DNA from: Microcystis aeruginosa NIES-2549
Lineage (GTDB): Bacteria > Cyanobacteriota > Cyanobacteriia > Cyanobacteriales > Microcystaceae
NCBI RefSeq assembly: GCF_000981785.2
Contig: NZ_CP011304.1
Location: 3,450,001 to 3,482,000 of the forward strand
Direction of reading: 5' to 3'
Length of the DNA stretch: 32,000 nucleotides
A program made the translations under genes and the position numbers. Positions 8,611 to 17,230 of this stretch are shown here, one piece after another; within the stretch, counting starts at the first letter, position 1; the number at the start of each line of letters is the position of its first letter. The notes below the pieces were generated by a model, which was not told the DNA's origin, made no database searches, and worked only from the letters and a program-made list of their open reading frames with translations.

Positions 8611-8695
8611 ATTTCCTAGTGAAGATAGGCAAGAGGCAATAGGCAATAGGCAAAAGCTTTATCGAAATGTGTAATTAATTTTGCTTAGGTACTTA
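8591..8695 (+). mobile_element. TAAGTA-ended inverted-repeat element carrying a heptamer array, copy 1
   Basis: The 29-nt left end (8591-8619) and 27-nt right end (8669-8695) recur as reverse complements at 15088-15116 (28/29 identical) and 14921-14947 (27/27 identical). The internal cargo here is (GGCAATA)n at 8628-8654. Confidence 0.55.
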
Positions 8696-8711
8696 GCTTC
8701 TAGTTAGCCGT

Positions 8712-8835
8712 AATTATGAATTATGAATTATGAATTATGAATTGGGAAGAATAAATAAAAGCAATCTTCTGAATACTGAATACTGTTAACTGTTAACTTA
8801 CCCACTGATAACTGATAACTGATCACTGATAACTG
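8712..8835. repeat. Composite STRR cluster: (AATTATG)4, (GAATACT)2, (GTTAACT)2, (ACTGATA/C)5
   Basis: Tandem heptamers read directly. The array abuts the stop codon (8836-8838) of the convergent phosphatase gene. Confidence 0.85.
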
Positions 8836-10173
8836 TTATAAAGCGCCGGCTGCCGTGCGATCGAGTATTCCCGCTCCTAGATGAGAGGTAATATTAATTG
8901 CTTGTAGGACCGGTTGAGAGTCAACCCCTTTGGGATAATCGATAACACTAACCGCGCCATTTCCCTGTTTAATATTCCAGAAATTGGCGGGTTTTAAACC
9001 CAATAAATAACAAAGAATCACCTTATTAATGGCATCGTGAGCTACTACCATAATTGTCTTAGGACTATCGCTATTACTATAGGTTTTAACGATTTGCTGC
9101 CAACAAGCGATCGCTCGATCCCAAACCTCCTGTAAATTCTCCCCTTCCGGCATTTGCACGGTTTCCGGGGCATTTTTCCAGTCTTCTAACATCCCGGGGA
9201 AACTTGCTTCAATTTCCTCCTCTAATTTACCTTCCCAAAGTCCGTGACAGATTTCCGTCAGATCTACTTGGGTATCTAAGGTGACATTGGGGTGATATTG
9301 CAGGATAATTTGGGCAGTTTCCTTGGGACGAGACAAAGGACTGGTGACAGCGTGATCGATCGCCGTTTCTCGCAGAAATTCGGCGGCTTTCTCAGCTTGA
9401 GCTTTGCCATTATCATTGAGAGGAATATCGCGCACACCTTGAAAACGTTTATCCCGATTCCATTGGGTTTCTCCGTGACGCACCAGTAGCAGCCTAGAAC
9501 CTTGGAAAGGAGGACGCGGTGGGGGTAAAGCTATCCCTAAGTGTGCCGTTTGATTGAGGGATTCCACCTGGACAGGATCACCAAAATTACGCGTAAAATT
9601 GAGAACATTAACACAACAGTTAGATTGTTGCAGGGAATGGTATAAGGAAACTGGAATACCGATGGCACTGAGGATTAAACAGCGATTAATGCCGTTATGG
9701 GCAACAATGAGGATAGTTTGGCCCTCGTGTTGGGGAATAATTTCTCGCCAAAAATCCTGCGCTTGTTGATAGAGAGAGAGAACGGGATAATGTTCTTGAC
9801 CATCGGGCAGTATCATCTTAAATTCGTGAGGTTTTTGGTGCCAATCCCGATATTCTTGGGGGTATTGAGCTTTTACCTCCTCTTTGACCATATTTTCCCA
9901 GATAGGCAGATCGATTTCTAGTAACTGCGAAGTGGGTTGAATGACGGGAGAGTTATTTAAACGAGACTGAATCACCTCAGCAGTAGATTTGGCTCTTTGG
10001 AGAGGACTACAGTAAAAAGCGGCGATATCGATTTGACTGAGGGCATTTCCCACTTTTTCCGCGTCCAGATGCCCTTTTTCCGTCAAAACCGAGCCATCAC
10101 TGCGACCTTGTATTTTCTGCTCTGCGTTATAACTGCTTTGTCCATGACGAACAATAATCACACGGGTAGCCAA
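8836..10173 (-). CDS. Tandem-domain histidine phosphatase (phosphoglycerate mutase family) protein
   Basis: Two RHG catalytic motifs are present (VRHGQSSYN near the N-terminus, VRHGETQWN at about residue 232). Each is followed by a later AHxxxI/N motif (VAHNGINR, VAHDAINK). The TTG start has an AAGGAG RBS 10 nt upstream. Confidence 0.8.
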   Translation of the reverse strand: MATRVIIVRHGQSSYNAEQKIQGRSDGSVLTEKGHLDAEKVGNALSQIDIAAFYCSPLQRAKSTAEVIQSRLNNSPVIQPTSQLLEIDLPIWENMVKEEVKAQYPQEYRDWHQKPHEFKMILPDGQEHYPVLSLYQQAQDFWREIIPQHEGQTILIVAHNGINRCLILSAIGIPVSLYHSLQQSNCCVNVLNFTRNFGDPVQVESLNQTAHLGIALPPPRPPFQGSRLLLVRHGETQWNRDKRFQGVRDIPLNDNGKAQAEKAAEFLRETAIDHAVTSPLSRPKETAQIILQYHPNVTLDTQVDLTEICHGLWEGKLEEEIEASFPGMLEDWKNAPETVQMPEGENLQEVWDRAIACWQQIVKTYSNSDSPKTIMVVAHDAINKVILCYLLGLKPANFWNIKQGNGAVSVIDYPKGVDSQPVLQAINITSHLGAGILDRTAAGAL

Positions 10174-10240
10174 GCGGTTCAGTCTCCTTAACTAAAAGTC
10201 TCAATATCAGATTACAGGCGATCGGGATCGGAGTACAAAT

Positions 10241-10259
10241 CAGTGATCAGTAATCAGTG
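10241..10259. repeat. Short STRR remnant (CAGTGAT-type heptamers)
   Basis: CAGTGATCAGTAATCAGTG is read directly. Confidence 0.6.
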
Positions 10260-10597
10260 GAGACTGTTAAGTAAACAGTGGGGAGCGGCGAGCATTTGTA
10301 CTAAAATTTCCTGATGCAGTTTCAAGGCAGCACAGCGTATCAAAACTTCCTGATATTACAATCTCTTTGGGATCAAGGGTTTGGCGGTTTTATCAAGAAA
10401 TCATGACAATGTACTTGGCCAAAATCGGAATCTTACTGTTTAATAGGTATTTATAACAAGCGATTCCCTTGATCCCCATCGAGTGGATCTCTCGTTCACA
10501 CAGCAATCGATGAGTAGTTAGAAGGGTTAACCAGATCACTGCTTTTGCAAATGCTCAAAAACATTTGCCGTCGTAACTAATCGGAGAGTGTCAACTC

Positions 10598-11845
10598 ATG
10601 GTTCCAGAATACCCACCCTTAGATGAGATGACCTTGCGGCAACTACGACGAGTTGCCAGTCAATACAGCATCTCTCGTTATAGTCGGATGCGGAAAACGC
10701 AATTAATTGAGGCAATCAGCCAAGCTATGGGAGTAAGCGGCAATTTTAAATCTACTATTAAAGAGGAAAAACCAGTGGAAGCAGCAAAATTTGAATTAGG
10801 TCAAGCTCACCCGATCGAAGATATCCTAGGTTCGGTGGATGATGGTTTAGGAGATCTGCCCGGTGGCTACGGTGAAAATCGCATTACCCTCCTACCTCGC
10901 GATCCCCAGTGGGCCTATGCTTACTGGGATATACCCAACGAATCGAAGGAAGGTCTACGTCGTCAAGGGGGACAACAATTAGCCCTGCGTCTTTATGATG
11001 TCACCGATATCGATCTCAATAGCCAAGGCGCTCACAGTGTCCAAGAATATCTCTGTGATGAATTGGCCCGGGAATGGTATTTACCGATTCCGGTCAGCGA
11101 TCGAGATTATGTTATCGATATCGGTTATCGTTGTGCTGATGGTCGTTGGTTAGTTTTGGCCCGTTCTCCTTTAGTCCGGATTCCTCCCGTCTATCCTTCC
11201 GACTGGATTGAAGATGTTTTTGTCACCGTTAACTGGGAAGAAGAACTGGTGGGTAAAACTGTTTACGAACTCGTTCCCCCCAGCAAACGCTACGGCAGCA
11301 GCGCTGGAACCACGGCAACTAGCCCCATCTACGACCAAATTTTCGAGAGTGTCGGCGATATCGAGGCCCTACGGGTGGCCGGTTCCTTGTTTGGTTCCAT
11401 GCAGCACGTCGCCGGTTCCGTACCGATGTCGGAAGTGATCAGTTCTTATGTATTCCCCTCCGGAGTTGGTATGTGGGCGGTTCCCACGGTATCGGGACTA
11501 ACCGCTTCTGGTATCGGCATGACTGCTTCTGGTATCGGTATGGGTGCTTCGGAAACCCTACAACGTCCGCGCAAATTCTGGTTAGTTGCCGATGCAGAAT
11601 TAATCGTCTATGGTGCCACCGAACCCGATGCCACCGTAACTATCGGTGGTCGTCCGATCAAACTCAATCCCGATGGCACTTTCCGCTATCAGATGTCCTT
11701 CCAAGACGGTTTAATCGATTATCCGATTATGGCCGTGGCCGCCGATGGTGAACAAAATCGTTCTATCCACATGAAATTCACCAGGGAAACCCCCTCTCGC
11801 AATACCAACAGTAAAGACGAGGCGGTTCTAGAATGGTTATTCTAG
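10598..11845 (+). CDS. DUF4912-type protein with an N-terminal Rho_N/SAP-like domain
   Basis: LDEMTLRQLRRVASQYSISRYSRMRKTQLIEAI is a Rho termination factor N-terminal-like motif. LLPRDPQWAYAYWDI is the hallmark I associate with DUF4912. An internal TASGIGM repeat is present. Confidence 0.7.
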   Translation: MVPEYPPLDEMTLRQLRRVASQYSISRYSRMRKTQLIEAISQAMGVSGNFKSTIKEEKPVEAAKFELGQAHPIEDILGSVDDGLGDLPGGYGENRITLLPRDPQWAYAYWDIPNESKEGLRRQGGQQLALRLYDVTDIDLNSQGAHSVQEYLCDELAREWYLPIPVSDRDYVIDIGYRCADGRWLVLARSPLVRIPPVYPSDWIEDVFVTVNWEEELVGKTVYELVPPSKRYGSSAGTTATSPIYDQIFESVGDIEALRVAGSLFGSMQHVAGSVPMSEVISSYVFPSGVGMWAVPTVSGLTASGIGMTASGIGMGASETLQRPRKFWLVADAELIVYGATEPDATVTIGGRPIKLNPDGTFRYQMSFQDGLIDYPIMAVAADGEQNRSIHMKFTRETPSRNTNSKDEAVLEWLF

Positions 11846-11886
11846 ATCGGGTTTTCTAGCGTTACCAAAGCCAAACCAATTACTTC

Positions 11887-11919
11887 CCCCTAACTAAATC
11901 TCAGTTAGGGGATTTTTTT
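11887..11919 (+). terminator. Rho-independent terminator
   Basis: Stem CCCCTAACT (11887-11895) pairs with AGTTAGGGG (11903-11911), then ATTTTTTT. Confidence 0.7.
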
Positions 11920-11942
11920 GGGATTGTCAACGCTATCAACTT

Positions 11943-13595
11943 CTATTCCCAAATCTGACAGCTTAAATCGCCCGATTTTTGGGAAAGACGCAGATTTTCA
12001 CCGTAATCGACGGGAACATCGATCACCGTAGGGACATCTTGCCGGAAAGCATCCTCTAGTGTCGGGATCAAATCCTGAGCAGATTCCACCCGATAGCCTT
12101 TTAATCCCATACTTTCAGCAAATTTAACAAAATCGGGATTACCAAACTTAATAAAAGAAGATGTCCCAAAATAGTTTAACTGCTTCCATTCGATTAAACC
12201 GTAACCGCCATCATTAAAAATGAGAGTGACGAAGGGAGTCCCCACCCGCAAAGCTGTCTCCAATTCCTGACAATTCATCATAAAACCGCCGTCCCCCGTC
12301 ACCGCTACAATGCGTTTATCGGGATGAACTAACTTAGCGGCGATCGCACCAGGGATAGCAATACCCATAGCGGCGAAACCGTTAGAAATAATGCAAGTAT
12401 TGGGACAATCGGAGTGATACTGGCGCGCCATCCACATTTTATGAGCGCCCACGTCACAAATAGCGATATCTTCTGGTCCCATCACCTGACGCAGATCGTA
12501 GATCAATTTTTGTGGCTTGATCGGAAAACCCGTATCATTGGCATAGGTTTCGTAATCGGCCCGAATTTCCGTCTTTAATGCTGCGGTGACAGGAGTTGGT
12601 TTATTCTGGCGATCGGCCCGTTTGAGGATATCGATGAGAGAATCGGTGATATCACCCACCACTTCCACTACTGGGGCATAACTGCTGTCAATTTCCGCCG
12701 GAGTCATGCCGATGTGAATAATCGGTAATTTCCCGTCTGGATTCCATTTTTTCGGGGAATACTCGATTAAATCGTAACCGACAGCAATAATTAAATCACT
12801 GCGATCAAAGGCACAACTAATCAAATCCCGTTGCTGTAATCCTACCGCCCAAAGAGCCAGAGGATGGGTATAGGGAATCACCCCCTTACCCATAAAAGTG
12901 TTAGCCACAGGGATATTCAAGGCCGTGGCGAATTCCGTTAAAGCCTCACTAGCATTAGCGCGAATTGCCCCATTTCCCGCCAAAATCAAGGGATTTTTCG
13001 CTTTAGAAATCACCGCCGCCGCCATATTCAAAGTCCGATAGGAAGCGTAAACTTTTTCCTGACTATCGAGGGGCAAAGGATGACCATCGGCAGCCATAGC
13101 GGCGATATTTTCGGGAAGATCGATATGAACTGCCCCCGGTTTCTCACTTTGGGCGGTTTTAAAGGCTCTCCGTACCACTTCCGGGGTGATACCTGGCCGG
13201 ACGATCTGTTTATTCCATTTCGTCACCGGGGCGAACATGGCCACAAGATCCAGGTATTGATGGGATTCAATGTGCATCCGGTCGGTTCCCACCTGGCCGG
13301 TGATGGCCACCAAGGGCGCCCCATCGAGGTTAGCATCGGCTACCCCTGTCATTAGGTTAGTCGCCCCCGGTCCTAAGGTGGAGAGACAAACCCCCGCTTT
13401 TCCCGTCAAGCGTCCATAGACATCGGCCATAAAAGCCGCGCCCTGTTCGTGACGGGTGGTGATAAATTTGATCGAGGAGTTTTTGAGGGCTTCCAAAACA
13501 TCGAGGTTTTCTTCCCCGGGTAGCCCAAAAATATACTCGACTCCTTCATTCTCCAGACATTTAACTAGAAGTTCGGCTGTGTTTAATTCCCCCAT
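11943..13595 (-). CDS. Thiamine-diphosphate-dependent acetolactate synthase (AlsS-like, single large subunit)
   Basis: The N-terminal TPP pyrimidine-binding domain is present (GVEYIFGLPGEENL, RHEQGAAFMADVYGRLTGKAGVCLSTLGPGATNL). The C-terminal TPP motif GDGGFMMNCQELETA...NDGGYG is also present. The protein is 550 aa. Confidence 0.85.
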   Translation of the reverse strand: MGELNTAELLVKCLENEGVEYIFGLPGEENLDVLEALKNSSIKFITTRHEQGAAFMADVYGRLTGKAGVCLSTLGPGATNLMTGVADANLDGAPLVAITGQVGTDRMHIESHQYLDLVAMFAPVTKWNKQIVRPGITPEVVRRAFKTAQSEKPGAVHIDLPENIAAMAADGHPLPLDSQEKVYASYRTLNMAAAVISKAKNPLILAGNGAIRANASEALTEFATALNIPVANTFMGKGVIPYTHPLALWAVGLQQRDLISCAFDRSDLIIAVGYDLIEYSPKKWNPDGKLPIIHIGMTPAEIDSSYAPVVEVVGDITDSLIDILKRADRQNKPTPVTAALKTEIRADYETYANDTGFPIKPQKLIYDLRQVMGPEDIAICDVGAHKMWMARQYHSDCPNTCIISNGFAAMGIAIPGAIAAKLVHPDKRIVAVTGDGGFMMNCQELETALRVGTPFVTLIFNDGGYGLIEWKQLNYFGTSSFIKFGNPDFVKFAESMGLKGYRVESAQDLIPTLEDAFRQDVPTVIDVPVDYGENLRLSQKSGDLSCQIWE

Positions 13596-13812
13596 AATTC
13601 CCTCCTGTAGAGCTTACTTCATCAGTAAAGTCTCTAGAGATAGTTCATCCCGGCGGATTGAGGTTGTTGCGCTCAACTCGTCGGGATGATATCAGTAGAC
13701 TATATGTACCAATGCAGCTGACTAAAATTTTGTTTAAGCCTATCCATATATCATTGTGACTTAGATCTTGACCCTTGGCAGATTATTTATTAGGACAATG
13801 GGAGGGAATTTT

Positions 13813-13957
13813 GGCTCTCTTAGGTTTGATGGGTAAAATGTATTCTAAGATACAGTCCTGCCAGTGAGCCAGTGGAACGAACCACAAAGACACAAAGGAC
13901 ACAAAGATCGATCACTCTTATATAAGTTAAACTTATCACACAAAGAAGAAGAGAGCC
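13813..13957 (+). repeat. CACAAAG hairpin element, copy 1 (9-bp terminal inverted repeat GGCTCTCTT / AAGAGAGCC)
   Basis: It shares ordered blocks with 31658-31751: AACCACAAAG-CACAAAGGACACA, GATC, TATCACACAAA and AAGAGAGCC. Copy 1 has an extra ~55 bp after the left arm. Confidence 0.55.
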
Positions 13958-13966
13958 GAATTTTTT

Positions 13967-14446
13967 TTAGGCTGTTAATTCTTCGGCGGCGTGGGCCAGT
14001 TGGGCAGCGACTTTGGCTAAATAGGGACGACTTAACCACCAGATAAAGGGGGACAGCCAACCGCGCAGGGTGACAGAATAGGAAATATAACTACCACAGA
14101 GGGTTGATTCTACTTGGTAGGTCATTTTCTGTTCCATGCCGGGGATAGCGAGAACTCTTAAGCTGAGGAGTTCCCCGGGGCGGACATTTTCCACGAAAAC
14201 CCGGATAGGAATGGGAGTCAGACGGGTGACAGCTTGATAGATTAACCCCGGTTTAGCGATTAAACCCAGGGGAACATCAGCCTTGGCGATCAAAGGATGC
14301 CAAGAGACATCGGCCACATTGATTAATTTTTGCCAGAGGACATCGACGGGGGCGCTACTGACCACCCGATAGGTTTTGTAGAGTGAAAACTTACAGAATA
14401 GTCTGCCTTTGGCCGCTACAATCCTTAAGGAAAAATTGAGAATCAC
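13967..14446 (-). CDS. SRPBCC-superfamily (polyketide cyclase/dehydrase-like) protein
   Basis: The 159-aa ORF has a GTG start preceded by GGGAGG. Its size and the pattern SSAPVDVLWQKLINVADVSWHPLI...YQVES resemble small SRPBCC ligand-binding proteins. This is recognition only. Confidence 0.6.
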   Translation of the reverse strand: MILNFSLRIVAAKGRLFCKFSLYKTYRVVSSAPVDVLWQKLINVADVSWHPLIAKADVPLGLIAKPGLIYQAVTRLTPIPIRVFVENVRPGELLSLRVLAIPGMEQKMTYQVESTLCGSYISYSVTLRGWLSPFIWWLSRPYLAKVAAQLAHAAEELTA

Positions 14447-14920
14447 CGATTGCCTCCCGCAAAAATAATCCGGCGAATTTTCTATTGTAAAAAATAAATG
14501 GCTTTCCGGGAGTGTGAGCTTTTTATAACTTTAACTTAGTCTCAGCAGAAGTCCCTCGCGCTTAGTGCGATCGGATGAAGGCTGACTTTGTATATAGACA
14601 ATTCTCAAAAACTGAGCCACAACAAACAGATCTCGACCACTATTCCTTACGCGATAACCGAGCTTCGGCGGGTCCTGTTGCAAGAAAAAGTATGGGTCTT
14701 GTAGCAAATTAAATTGTATTCAGTGCAGATAGAGCATCAAGGATGAAGGGAAATCCTGTCAGAGAAGCAACCCTCTGGGGGTGTTAAATTCTTAAACAAT
14801 TCATCTAATTTGACTTCCAAGCTTTCTTTGACTACTGTTGAGGTTACTGCTGCCATGATTTTTCAATCATATACGACCTCTTCATTCTAGATCATTTGCC
14901 TTTTTCTCTATTTAATTTGG

Positions 14921-15116
<196 letters not shown>

Positions 15117-15362
15117 TGTAACCAACAATTCCCGACAGAGAAGTCATCATAATCGGTCAGAAACCGGACCTAGCCGCCTCTACCGATGATGGCGTGGAGG
15201 ATCGCCTCGATGGTGTTATCCTTGACATCAGCGATCACTATATCGACGAAAGTAGTCGTCTCAAAAGCTACCTCGACCTTTAGCCCTGGCGGAAAACTTT
15301 CCTGTCAGCGAGCGATCGCATTTTTCATCGTCTCTCCAGAGGGTTATCAATAAAAGCGATCG

Positions 15363-15824
15363 CTATTTACAGGCCATTACTGCGATTGTGTAGGCGTTAT
15401 TATTCATCCCGTTAATATTAAAATTAATCTGATAGGGCTGTCTACCCGTGGGTGATTGGAAGGGTAAAGAATAGGTTTCACCCCGTTTCATTTCGACATT
15501 TTTCTGGAAGGCACTATTAACCGAATTATCGGGATACTTGAGATTGATCGTTACTCCGTATTTGCCATCGTTTTCGGGAACCATGACTCCTTTAAAAGAG
15601 GCAAATTTCACCCCGGAGGGAACGGCGAAATCGGTGTTAAAGTTATTCTTTCCTATGGCATCGATCTGTTTGCGGATATGGGTCTGATTAGTGGCTACTT
15701 CCTTGAGGTACTGACAGTTTTTCGGAAGTTCTGTAGCCTGATCTTTAGTAGCGGCAACAACCCCTATCGAGGTCAGTCCGAGGATTAAACCGACACAGAG
15801 AAGGCTGAAAGTTTTTGTCAACAT
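15363..15824 (-). CDS. Hypothetical exported protein (signal peptide, 153 aa)
   Basis: The N-terminal hydrophobic signal is MLTKTFSLLCVGLILGLTSIGVVAA. The mature part is beta-rich with two Cys, one penultimate. I recognise no family. Confidence 0.55.
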   Translation of the reverse strand: MLTKTFSLLCVGLILGLTSIGVVAATKDQATELPKNCQYLKEVATNQTHIRKQIDAIGKNNFNTDFAVPSGVKFASFKGVMVPENDGKYGVTINLKYPDNSVNSAFQKNVEMKRGETYSLPFQSPTGRQPYQINFNINGMNNNAYTIAVMACK

Positions 15825-16520
15825 GATAGTTCTTCCCGTTAAGGTTTTCTAAAATTGGCTCTTCGGGGACGATTAAAGATAATTAAGCCTTAATTGTCCC
15901 GCCTTGACTTTTTCCGTGACCAAAGTTCTCACTAATTCTAATTCTTGGCGCGGTACTTGGTCATTATCGCTCGCAGTGGAGCGAGTTCTCCTGTTTCTTC
16001 TGGGGTTAATTTCTGTGCGTCAACCCGTGAGATTTTCAGAGAATTGCTCCTCGTTTACTACTAATATTTAACGTTGGCAGGCTCGGAGAAACTATCAAAA
16101 TTCTGCAAATCTAACTTTTATTTTGTTAAGAATTATCTCGCAAAGTTGCCGACGGACACTCACCGAACATTTTCTTATAATCTTTGGCAAATTGACCCAT
16201 GTGCCAGAATCCCCACTGTAGGGCGATCGCACTAACGGTAATTCCTTGACCCGCAGACGCTTTTAGTTGTCGTCGTACCCCGTTAAGACGTTGAATTTTG
16301 AGATAAGTCGCAGGTCCGAGGCCAAAACATTCCTGAAAACCATAACGGAGGGTACGTTCACTGATGTGCAGTTCTTGGCACAGATCGAGGATCGAGAGGG
16401 GGCGATCGAGATTGTCCAGTAAGATCTCCTCTGCTCGCTTAATATAGGGATGTCGTATTGAAGGGCGCAGCGGCGGATAGTTTTGATGGGAATCGAGGGC
16501 GTTGCATAATAGAGATATGA

Positions 16521-16922
16521 ATGGAGGAAATCAAAATGCAATGCCCTGAATGTAAATCTACCCATATCCGTAAAAATGGCATCAATAAACAAGGTAAACA
16601 AAATCATATTTGTGTAACCTGTGGCCGTCAATTTATTAATAACTATGAAAAACAGAAAGGCTATGACGAAAAAACGAAGCGAGAATGCCTAACTGCCTAT
16701 GTTAATGGGATGGGATTTAGAGGAATAGAAAGGCTAAAGGGAGTTCATCATACGACCGTAATTAATTGGGTAAAATCTGTGGGAGAATTATTGCCAGTCG
16801 CCTATGACCCAGAAACAATTCCTGAAGTAGGGGAACTGGATGAATTGGAAACCTTTGTTGGCTCAAAAAAAACAAAATCTGGGTGTGGACAGCCGTTGAC
16901 CACTTTAAAAAAGGAATTTTAG
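16521..16922 (+). CDS. insA: IS1 InsA-like protein (zinc-finger + HTH)
   Basis: A CPECKS...CVTCGRQF zinc-finger is followed by an HTH-like region (GFRGIERLKGVHHTTVINWVK). The start may be the ATG at 16536. Confidence 0.75.
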   Translation: MEEIKMQCPECKSTHIRKNGINKQGKQNHICVTCGRQFINNYEKQKGYDEKTKRECLTAYVNGMGFRGIERLKGVHHTTVINWVKSVGELLPVAYDPETIPEVGELDELETFVGSKKTKSGCGQPLTTLKKEF

Positions 16923-17230
16923 GTTGGGTAATCGGAGACCATAGTAGCGAAACGTTTCGCCCATTATGGGAATTAGTTAAGTCTTGGGGATGCTATTTTT
17001 ATGTGAGTGATGGATGGTCAGTTTATCCATGTTTTATAGCAGAGGGCGACCATATAATTAGTAAGACTTATATGACCAGAGTAGAGGGTGAGAACACACG
17101 TTTAAGACATTATCTAGCCCGATTGCATCGCAAAACACTCTGCTATTCTAAGTCTACAGAAATGTTAGGATACTCTATTCGTTTATTAATTCATTATCTG
17201 AAGTTTCAAGAAGTGCCTATTCCTTACTGA
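16883..17230 (+). CDS. insB: IS1 InsB-frame transposase catalytic part, probably expressed as an InsAB' fusion by -1 frameshift at A8 (16865-16872)
   Basis: The ORF is in the -1 frame relative to insA. Reading through the A-run gives KKNKIWVWTAVD..., the classic IS1 InsAB' junction pattern. Confidence 0.7.
   Translation: MWTAVDHFKKGILGWVIGDHSSETFRPLWELVKSWGCYFYVSDGWSVYPCFIAEGDHIISKTYMTRVEGENTRLRHYLARLHRKTLCYSKSTEMLGYSIRLLIHYLKFQEVPIPY

Noticed and set aside
13845-14060. Listed ORFs 13845..14060 (-) and 13864..14046 (+)
   Set aside because: They run through the CACAAAG repeat element and overlap the SRPBCC gene 3' end in other frames. I see no supporting signals.
16263-16631. Listed ORF 16263..16631 (-)
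   Set aside because: It is out of frame with the AraC HTH domain, which reads convincingly in another minus-strand frame (16489-16126). It also crosses the IS boundary, so it is spurious.
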